This document shows, piece by piece, positions 1 through 6,256 of a stretch of DNA of 31,811 nt. The DNA is from a virus (lineage: Duplodnaviria > Caudoviricetes). Both the position numbers and the translations under genes were made by a program. A model generated the notes under the pieces. That model saw only the letters and a list, made by a program, of their open reading frames with translations, was not told where the DNA came from and made no database searches. The stretch covers positions 1 to 31,811 of IMG/VR virus record IMGVR_UViG_3300050195_000155, one strand, 5' to 3'. Each line of letters begins with the position of its first letter. Position 1 is the stretch's first letter.

Positions 1-1
1 C

Positions 2-88
2 CCGGCCACGGGCGAAACCATCGAGATCGCGGCCAAACGCGTACCGCAGTTTTCCGCCTCCAAGGCCCTGAAAGACGCCGTCGCCTGA
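2..88 (+). CDS. HU/IHF-family DNA-binding protein, 3' end (partial)
   Basis: Frame 2 reads PATGETIEIAAKRVPQFSASKALKDAVA*, the typical HU C-terminal arm and helix (P-x-TGE-x-I-x-I...P-x-F...LK-x-AV). Confidence 0.9.
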   Translation, partial: PATGETIEIAAKRVPQFSASKALKDAVA

Positions 89-102
89 CGGCATTCAACA
101 AC

Positions 103-167
103 GCGAAACCGCCGGGAGGCGGTCTGCCGGGCGTGGTGGCCCGGCACTGATGAGCAGCCCAAACCAC
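103..167 (+). ncRNA. Hammerhead ribozyme, type II, with pseudoknot
   Basis: GAAA 105-108. Stem III ACCGCC/GGCGGU with GGGA loop (108-123). GUC cleavage triplet 122-124. Stem I UGCCGGGC/GCCCGGCA (125-146). CUGAUGA 147-153. Two-bp stem II (G103-C155, C104-G154). Loop GUGGU 133-137 is complementary to ACCAC 163-167. Confidence 0.92.
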
Positions 168-180
168 GCAGGAGATCGAA

Positions 181-780
181 ATGAATCTAAGGCCACGCAA
201 CAAGGCTATCGACAGGCTCCACAATCGCCGCCGCGCCATCAAGGCGGCATGGCGTGCGACCGGTCTGGATGATGAAGCATACCGCCAGATGCTCATGCAG
301 GTTGCAGGCGTCGAAACCTCTCTTGGGCTGGGTCTGGAGTCTGCCAACCACGTGCTGGATCACATCAACCAGCACCTCGGCCGAAATCAGCCTCAGGCTT
401 ATCCGGGCAAGCCAGACCGCGTACGCCAGGAATGTACCGAGCTGATCGGCAAGATCGAAGCCCAACTGGCCGACATGGGGCTCCCCTGGGGCTACGGCCT
501 CACCATCCTGAAGCATCAAGGCGTGGATGCCTGGGCTTTCGCCACACATCAGCAGATGAGTGCCGTCATTGCCGCGCTGTCGGTTGAGCAGTCCAAACGC
601 CTGCGCGAGGCTCAGGTTGTTGCCGCACTGGCAGACATCGGCCGGGATCGCTCGGCGGGCGAAACCATCGCCAAGGCATTGGGCTCGCGCCGGCCCTTGG
701 GGTGGCACCGCGACGTCAAACTGATGGATCGCATGCTGACGCACATTGCCAACGTAGTTGCTGCGCGGGGTCAGAAATGA
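181..780 (+). CDS. gemA: Mu GemA/gp16-like regulatory protein (DUF1018)
   Basis: GLDDEAYRQML...GVETS N-terminal pattern and KIEAQLADMGLPWGY motif. AGGAG RBS at 170-174. Lies directly upstream of mor as in Mu-like phages. Confidence 0.85.
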   Translation: MNLRPRNKAIDRLHNRRRAIKAAWRATGLDDEAYRQMLMQVAGVETSLGLGLESANHVLDHINQHLGRNQPQAYPGKPDRVRQECTELIGKIEAQLADMGLPWGYGLTILKHQGVDAWAFATHQQMSAVIAALSVEQSKRLREAQVVAALADIGRDRSAGETIAKALGSRRPLGWHRDVKLMDRMLTHIANVVAARGQK

Positions 781-1220
781 TCAAAGGCACCCAATGCCAG
801 CTGGAATTGCCGGATGTTCCGGTTGATGAGGAAACGGCCCTGACGCTGTCCGGCCTGGCTGACGCGGCCGATCTCCGGAAATGGCCAGCCCGCCTCCTGG
901 AACTGGCCGAAGTCTTTGAGGCCAGGCTTGGCAAGCTGATGGCTCACCAGCTCACACCCCGCGAAATCGCCCAGTTGCTGGTGCTCGAACTCGCCCACAA
1001 TCAGGGTGGTCGGCCCGTTTACCTGCCCTCCGGCGAAGCGCTCGACAACCTTTTACGTGCGCGGAGGATCTTTCTGGACTCCGGCACAAGGGATGCCAAC
1101 GGGAATGTCTGGACGATGGATCGTCTCGCCACGCGTGAGAAGATCTGCGTGCAGCAGGCCTACAAGGATTATGCACAGATACGCGAACTGGAGCGCAACC
1201 GGGAACCGAAGCTGTTTTAG
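777..1220 (+). CDS. Mor/C-family transcription activator (likely late-gene activator)
   Basis: WP..L.EL...GGRPVYLP motif followed by a C-terminal HTH-like segment. ATG 777 overlaps the gemA stop (ATGA), so this start is preferred over 702. Confidence 0.88.
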   Translation: MIKGTQCQLELPDVPVDEETALTLSGLADAADLRKWPARLLELAEVFEARLGKLMAHQLTPREIAQLLVLELAHNQGGRPVYLPSGEALDNLLRARRIFLDSGTRDANGNVWTMDRLATREKICVQQAYKDYAQIRELERNREPKLF

Positions 1221-1288
1221 TGGGTATTTTTTCCTTTCCGACGAAAATCTTTCAGGCATAGAATTGCCCTCGGGAGGAATAAATTCAG

Positions 1289-1768
1289 ATGAAGATTGCC
1301 ATCTTGATTCTCACCGTATTTGCGGCAAGCACCGCCAACGCTGAGATCTACAAGTGTGTTCAAAACGGGCGTCAGGTTTTTTCTGACATGCCATGCGCAA
1401 CAAATGCCGAGAAGCTGGATGTCAGGCCGGCTACCGGCCGCTCCGACAAGACTGCTGCGGACAAAGCCAATGCTGACACGAAAGCCCGCAATCAGGCCGT
1501 CGATCAATCCATGAAAAAACGCGACGTAGAGAACCGTATCTCGCGTGCACAGCATGAAATTGAACGGCTGACCGCAGAAAAAGAAGCCAAACTCGCCGCA
1601 TTGCGTAACCGCAAGGGTTATGCCAGAAACAACCAGGCCGGCGCTATCTGGGAGAATTCAATCTCCGAGGAAATGAACTCGGTTGCCAGTGATTACAACT
1701 CGCGGATCGAGCAGCAACGCCAGGAACTGGCGGATGCCCGAGCCACACTTGCCAGCCTGGACAAGTAA
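1289..1768 (+). CDS. DUF4124-like exported protein with C-terminal coiled coil (accessory)
   Basis: Sec signal ending ANA, then EIYKCVQNGRQVFSDMPC (DUF4124 pattern). GGAGG RBS upstream. Confidence 0.8.
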   Translation: MKIAILILTVFAASTANAEIYKCVQNGRQVFSDMPCATNAEKLDVRPATGRSDKTAADKANADTKARNQAVDQSMKKRDVENRISRAQHEIERLTAEKEAKLAALRNRKGYARNNQAGAIWENSISEEMNSVASDYNSRIEQQRQELADARATLASLDK

Positions 1769-1803
1769 CCTGATGAACCATAGATATTGACCCACCGTCA
1801 AAC

Positions 1804-1830
1804 AGCCTCGCACCTGCGGGGCTTTATTTT
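1804..1830 (+). terminator. Rho-independent terminator
   Basis: Stem AGCCTCGC/GCGGGGCT with 4-nt loop, followed by TTATTTT. Confidence 0.7.
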
Positions 1831-1929
1831 GGTCATGCACCCCCAGTATGGCCAAAAGTGCCGTAATTGCCCTGCGCGGCATTCTCGGGGTCTATACCTG
1901 CATCCGGTATCAAACTCAGGAGAATATTC

Positions 1930-2241
1930 ATGCAGACCAAATGTCTAATTTGCGACACATCTGCTTCCTCCAGTAAGGGGCCTACATCACTAGGCTACGA
2001 TGGGACCTTCTATACCTGCCCTGAATGCGGTAGATACTTTATAGCCAGTGAGAGAGAAGACCTCTTCACGGAAAAGCTCAGAACCAGAGAAGACGCAAGG
2101 CAGAACTTCATAACGGCCATCAAGCAAGAAAACAAAAAAAACACCAATGGGTACCTCTTTTTCGATTCCGTTTCTATCGAAAAAATCGCACAAGGTTTTT
2201 TCAGCGAAATTTGCTCGATAAGTATCCCGGAGGTGAAATGA
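1930..2241 (+). CDS. Small zinc-ribbon protein (accessory)
   Basis: ATG 1930 with AGGAGA RBS. CLIC...CPECG cysteine pairs. Lower GC than the core phage genes. Confidence 0.7.
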   Translation: MQTKCLICDTSASSSKGPTSLGYDGTFYTCPECGRYFIASEREDLFTEKLRTREDARQNFITAIKQENKKNTNGYLFFDSVSIEKIAQGFFSEICSISIPEVK

Positions 2242-2624
2242 ATTCCCATCTACATCTTCCGCTACTATTGATTCTGTTTGGGTGTGCTACCGCGCAGCCA
2301 GGACAGTACCTTCAGGTGAGCATCTCGGAAGGCACTGCACTTCAACTGACTTTTGAGACGACAGAAGATTGCCTGAAAAAGCTTGACGTCATGACAAAAA
2401 GCGCACCGCCCGAGTTGCACATACGCTGCTCGGTAAAGAACGCTGACTTGCCCTATGGTTTTCGTTTCCAGGAAACAAAAAAAACCGTTGTTTATGAGTT
2501 TGCCAGCAAAGATGCCTGCGAACAGATGAGAAACCAGCAGATCGAGGAACTGAAGAACTCCTTCACAAACTCTCCGTTTCTTGACGTCTATGGCATCCGG
2601 TCAGAATGTATTAAAATTAAATAG
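2238..2624 (+). CDS. Putative lipoprotein (accessory)
   Basis: ATG 2238 overlaps the upstream stop (ATGA) and has a GGAGGT RBS. Signal LPLLLILFG-C is lipobox-like. Four further Cys residues. Confidence 0.65.
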   Translation: MNSHLHLPLLLILFGCATAQPGQYLQVSISEGTALQLTFETTEDCLKKLDVMTKSAPPELHIRCSVKNADLPYGFRFQETKKTVVYEFASKDACEQMRNQQIEELKNSFTNSPFLDVYGIRSECIKIK

Positions 2625-2648
2625 TCTCCGATAGCCTTTGCATTGATT

Positions 2649-2693
2649 TTTCGCTCCCGCGAAACCACCACTTCACGCGCACGCGAACAAACT
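2649..2693 (+). promoter_or_regulatory. Putative activator-dependent late promoter 1 (lysis/packaging operon)
   Basis: TTTCGC-TCC-CGCGAAACC at 2649-2666 and -10-like CAAACT at 2688-2693. The same architecture occurs at 12412 and 18210. Confidence 0.72.
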
Positions 2694-2728
2694 GACGGTG
2701 TTCCTCATCTTTCGATGGATTCCGTCAC

Positions 2729-3121
2729 ATGTCATTCCTTACACGCATTACCACCCTGGCTGTCAGCCTGTGGGGCAACCTCAAGCATGCAATTGCCGGC
2801 CACCGCATGGCACCCTGGATGTGGGTCAGCCTGCTGCTCATTGGCGCGGTGGGCCTGTTCCAGCCCCAGTTGCTGCCGGTCAGCCTCTACAAGCTCTCTC
2901 TGATCACCACGGCGGCCTGGCTGGCCTACTGGATTGACCGGGCACTATTCCCGTACGCGCGGCCCGACGCTTTCCTCGATACAGACAGTAGCCTCGGCAC
3001 ACCCCTCTCTCACAAGGTTTTGCCCACTGAGGCATTGCCCACGGTCGCCTTTGTCGCAGCACAGATCCGTCGTGCCATCATCATCGCCGCCGCGATGATC
3101 GCCGTGGCGCTCGGAGCCTGA
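2729..3121 (+). CDS. Holin (2/3-transmembrane holin family)
   Basis: PQLLPVSLYKLSLIT.AAWLAYWIDRALFPYARP and RRAIIIAAAMIAVALGA motifs. First gene of the lysis cassette. An alternative start at 2807 is possible. Confidence 0.85.
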   Translation: MSFLTRITTLAVSLWGNLKHAIAGHRMAPWMWVSLLLIGAVGLFQPQLLPVSLYKLSLITTAAWLAYWIDRALFPYARPDAFLDTDSSLGTPLSHKVLPTEALPTVAFVAAQIRRAIIIAAAMIAVALGA

Positions 3122-3123
3122 TC

Positions 3124-3777
3124 ATGGCGGCCTGCATCCAACGCCGTCTGGCCCGCTTTGGGCTGTTCCTGATCGGTCTGCTGTGGCTGGGCATGGCGCT
3201 GCTGGCCACCATCGCCAGCGCCACAGAAGCCATCCCGCATCAGGCCAACACGCTGCATCACAAGCTCACGCAGCAGGCGCATCTGGCCTGGGGTCTGGAT
3301 GCACCAGTTGCCACATTCGCGGCCCAGATCCACACAGAATCCGGCTGGCAGTCGGCAGCCCATAGCCCGGTCGGTGCTCACGGCATCGCTCAGTTCATGC
3401 CGGCGACAGAAGCCTGGATCAACAAGGCATTCCCTGAGCTGGCAAGCCTGGGGGATGCCAGCAACCCGGTATGGAGCATGCGCGCCCTCGTTACTTATGA
3501 CCGTTACTTGTGGCAGCGCATTAACGCCCTCAACGCATGCGAACGCATGGCAATGGTGCTCTCCAGTTACAACGGTGGGCTGGGCTGGCTGCAGCGAGAT
3601 CGCGCCAAAACCCCACCATCTCTGCAGGACCGCTGGTTTGATGGCGTAGAGAAAACCAACGCAGGCCGCAGCCGCGCTGCATGGTCCGAGAATCGCGCCT
3701 ATCCACGCCAGATCCTGCACCAGCGCGAAGCCCTTTATGTTGCCGCTGCCTGGGGGCCGGGGGTGTGCGATGAATGA
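3124..3777 (+). CDS. Endolysin, SLT lytic transglycosylase with N-terminal hydrophobic (SAR/signal) segment
   Basis: QIHTESGW (catalytic Glu), GAHGIAQFMPAT and SYNGGLG motifs. N-terminal hydrophobic helix. Confidence 0.92.
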   Translation: MAACIQRRLARFGLFLIGLLWLGMALLATIASATEAIPHQANTLHHKLTQQAHLAWGLDAPVATFAAQIHTESGWQSAAHSPVGAHGIAQFMPATEAWINKAFPELASLGDASNPVWSMRALVTYDRYLWQRINALNACERMAMVLSSYNGGLGWLQRDRAKTPPSLQDRWFDGVEKTNAGRSRAAWSENRAYPRQILHQREALYVAAAWGPGVCDE

Positions 3778-3931
3778 CCCCCTTTCACGTGGTCTGATTG
3801 GTGGCCTGCTGCTTGCCATTCTCGCGCTGGAATTCGTCATCTTTGGCTGGGGCGTTACTACCGGCTATCAGGCAGGCCAGAAACATGCGGGTGCTGCCTG
3901 CGTGGCGCCAATTGAAAAGGCACTGCCATGA
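3770..3931 (+). CDS. Small single-TM protein within the lysis cassette
   Basis: MNDPLSRGLIGGLLLAILALEFVIFGWG... Overlaps both the endolysin stop and the spanin start. Confidence 0.6.
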   Translation: MNDPLSRGLIGGLLLAILALEFVIFGWGVTTGYQAGQKHAGAACVAPIEKALP

Positions 3932-4527
3932 CCGCCGAACTCAAGGCCTACCTGTTCGCCGGGCTGGCAATCATTGTCGCCATTCTGATCAGCCTTGCCG
4001 CCTGGTGGGGCTACCGCTTCGGCGTCTCTACCGAGCACGCCCGAGGCGAAGCGCAGCTTTCCGCACTCAAGCAGACCTATGCCGATGAAAACGCCAAGGC
4101 CCAGGCCGAGCTGCGCAAGCGCCTGGAAGAAGCCACAGCACGCGGCGACGAACTCTCATCGCAGCTGCTCGCACGTGAGGCCACCACCACCCGCCAATCC
4201 CAGGAGAAAACCCGTGCTGTTACCAAAATCACAACTGGCCGTCGTTGCCTCGATGCTGATGTTGTCCGCATGCTCAATTCTGACCAGCCCATCGCCCAGT
4301 CAAGTGCCGGTAACAACAGTGGGAACGTGCCCCAGACCGCCGGCAGCGCTGTTGCAGAAAGTGCCACCGCTGCCACCGATACCGACGTCGCTCAATGGAT
4401 CGCCAATGCCCGCGCCAGCTACGACATCTGCCGCAGCCGCCTCGATGCATTGATCGACTTTGCCACCGGTAAATCCGATGCCAACGACAAAACGGATGCA
4501 AATTCCGCAGCGGAAACCGTGCAATGA
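3928..4527 (+). CDS. i-spanin (Rz-like)
   Basis: N-terminal TM helix, coiled coil, periplasmic Cys residues, position after the endolysin. Confidence 0.82.
   Translation: MTAELKAYLFAGLAIIVAILISLAAWWGYRFGVSTEHARGEAQLSALKQTYADENAKAQAELRKRLEEATARGDELSSQLLAREATTTRQSQEKTRAVTKITTGRRCLDADVVRMLNSDQPIAQSSAGNNSGNVPQTAGSAVAESATAATDTDVAQWIANARASYDICRSRLDALIDFATGKSDANDKTDANSAAETVQ
4214..4453 (+). CDS. o-spanin (Rz1-like lipoprotein) embedded in the +1 frame of the i-spanin
   Basis: AGGAG at 4202-4206 and GTG at 4214. MLLPKSQLAVVASMLMLSA-C lipobox, then Pro-rich CPRPPAALLQKVPPLPPIP. Confidence 0.82.
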   Translation: MLLPKSQLAVVASMLMLSACSILTSPSPSQVPVTTVGTCPRPPAALLQKVPPLPPIPTSLNGSPMPAPATTSAAAASMH

Positions 4528-4757
4528 CAGACGTATTTGACCGTGCCCAGGCCATCGACCTTGCCGAATGGGAGGCCCGCAACATGCACCGCACGCAGCT
4601 TCCCACCGACTGGGAGCACCTCAGCCTCAAGTGGTGTGCTGGCTGTGGCCAGCGCATCCCCGATGAGCGCCGCAAAGCTGTACCGGGCGCGCAACTGTGC
4701 GTGCGCTGCCAGGCCGACACTGAACACTTCAATCAACAACACGGAAAGCGCCGATGA
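4524..4757 (+). CDS. TraR/DksA C4 zinc-finger protein
   Basis: MTDVFDRA N-terminus. CAGCGQRIPDERRKAVPGAQLCVRCQ finger. Confidence 0.92.
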   Translation: MTDVFDRAQAIDLAEWEARNMHRTQLPTDWEHLSLKWCAGCGQRIPDERRKAVPGAQLCVRCQADTEHFNQQHGKRR

Positions 4758-5131
4758 GCCTTGACCAAACCATACAACTGATCCTCACCGGTCTATGGAT
4801 CGCCTCAAACTGGTTTTTCTTTATCTGGCTGCGCCGGCTTGATACGCGCAAGGTCAATGAAGAGCGCATCCGCCTGCTCGAAGAAAAGGCCGATAGCCGC
4901 CACCACCTGATGCTTGCCGACATCAACCAGCTCGAACGCCGCCTCAGTGATCGCCTGGAGAAAACCGAGCGCGACTTCATCGCCACCGTAGGCCCGGCGG
5001 ATATGGCGGAAATCTTCCAGCGTCTCAATCGCATCGGCGAGGAAATCTCTGGCGTCAAAGGCGAGATGGATGAAGTCAAAAGCAATCTGCGTCTGTTGAT
5101 GAACCGCATTGTTGAAAAGGGTCTGAAATGA
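4754..5131 (+). CDS. Mu gp25-like membrane-anchored coiled-coil protein (DUF2730-like)
   Basis: N-terminal TM plus coiled coil. Syntenic with Mu-like gp25. Confidence 0.6.
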   Translation: MSLDQTIQLILTGLWIASNWFFFIWLRRLDTRKVNEERIRLLEEKADSRHHLMLADINQLERRLSDRLEKTERDFIATVGPADMAEIFQRLNRIGEEISGVKGEMDEVKSNLRLLMNRIVEKGLK

Positions 5132-5397
5132 GTACCGCCGAACGCCTCACCGAACTGCACCGTCGCCGCGCCGTGCTCGCGCTGTGCTTCTTCAGCGCCG
5201 GGCCGACGCAGACCGTGCGCGACCTGCGTGGCGACCTCGATGTCACCCACGGACTCGTCGCCACTGCCGACCAGGTGCGCGCCGATCTCACCTGGCTCAA
5301 GGAGCTGGGCATGGTGCAGTACGCCAACGATGTTGCCAGCATCACCGAGCGCGGCCGCGAGGTGGTGACTGGCGCAACGAAACTGCCGGGGGAATAG
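5128..5397 (+). CDS. Mu gp26-like winged-helix protein
   Basis: RRRAVL...DQVRADLTWLKELGMV...ITERGREVVTG pattern. Precedes terS. Confidence 0.78.
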   Translation: MSTAERLTELHRRRAVLALCFFSAGPTQTVRDLRGDLDVTHGLVATADQVRADLTWLKELGMVQYANDVASITERGREVVTGATKLPGE

Positions 5398-5398
5398 C

Positions 5399-5899
5399 GT
5401 GGCGCATGGAGACGAGATCCGCCGCGCCGTGCGCGCCGCCTACGTGTTCGACCAGCTCGGCCTGGAGGTATCTGCGCTCAAATGCGAGGTGCCGATTGCC
5501 ACCGCGCGACGCTGGAAAACCGAAGCCCGCAAGGCTGGCGATGACTGGGACAAGGCCCGTGCCGCCCAGCTCATCGCCGGTGGCGGCATTGAAGACGTGG
5601 TCCGCCAAACCCTTGCCGTGGTCGTGCAGCAGGTACAGGCCACGGTCGAATCCATTCAGGCCGCGCCAGACATGGCACCTGGGGACAAGGTGCAGATGCT
5701 CGCCAGTCTCGCCGATGCCTACAACAAGCTCATGGCCGCCAGCAAACGCCTGATGCCGGAGACAGACCGCCTTGGCGTGGCGATGGATGTGCTACGCCGC
5801 GAGCTAGAATTTGTGCGCGCCAGATTCCCCCAGCATGTTGGGGTGATGGCGGAGATTCTAGCGCCGTTTGGGGATGAATTGGCAAGAGCCTATGGCTAA
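5399..5899 (+). CDS. Terminase small subunit-like protein (DUF1804)
   Basis: GTG start. RAAYVFDQLGLE...TARRWK..A...GDDWDKARAA HTH pattern. Upstream of terL. Confidence 0.8.
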   Translation: MAHGDEIRRAVRAAYVFDQLGLEVSALKCEVPIATARRWKTEARKAGDDWDKARAAQLIAGGGIEDVVRQTLAVVVQQVQATVESIQAAPDMAPGDKVQMLASLADAYNKLMAASKRLMPETDRLGVAMDVLRRELEFVRARFPQHVGVMAEILAPFGDELARAYG

Positions 5900-5922
5900 G
5901 CGCTATCCACTCCTATTCCAAC

Positions 5923-6180
5923 CTACTCTTCGTTGGTCTTTCCTACCTCATATTGTGACTTGCACACACTGCACGTACCCACACGATATTCTTCAAACAT
6001 ATTCGATTGAACTTGCAGTGGACTTGGCATCTGTTTTTCAAGCAAACATTTTGGGCAATAAAACGCCGATTTCTCAGCATCATTCCCATTTTGGTCTCTT
6101 TTCAGACGATATACGTAAATCTGCTTTTCGCGCTGCGGTTGGAAAAGCTCGTAACGCCCGTTGATTTCATCCTGATCCAT
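5923..6180 (-). CDS. Small zinc-ribbon protein, AT-rich moron
   Basis: AAAGGAGA RBS upstream of ATG on the minus strand. YCPKC...CSVC. Inserted antisense between terS and terL. Confidence 0.7.
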   Translation of the reverse strand: MDQDEINGRYELFQPQREKQIYVYRLKRDQNGNDAEKSAFYCPKCLLEKQMPSPLQVQSNMFEEYRVGTCSVCKSQYEVGKTNEE

Positions 6181-6256
6181 AGGGGCTATCTCCTTTCATT
6201 GCTAGTGATTTGAATTTTGCCATCTCCATAAAATCTAGTTTTTTTACCTGCCCCAA

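Noticed and set aside
1229-1250. Fourth late-promoter box after mor (TTCCTTTCCGACGAAAAT)
   Set aside because: Poor match to TTTCGC-N3-CGCGAAACC and no -10 at the 22-nt offset. A weak sigma70 promoter with TAGAAT at 1259-1264 is more likely but unproven.
2729-2821. Dual-start holin/antiholin
   Set aside because: Several in-frame ATGs exist (2729, 2807, 2819), but none has a clear RBS or lambda S-like Met-Lys-Met arrangement, so this cannot be supported.
5868-6164. 98-aa plus-strand ORF between terS and terL
   Set aside because: It is the antisense shadow of the minus-strand Zn-ribbon gene, which has the RBS and coherent motifs.
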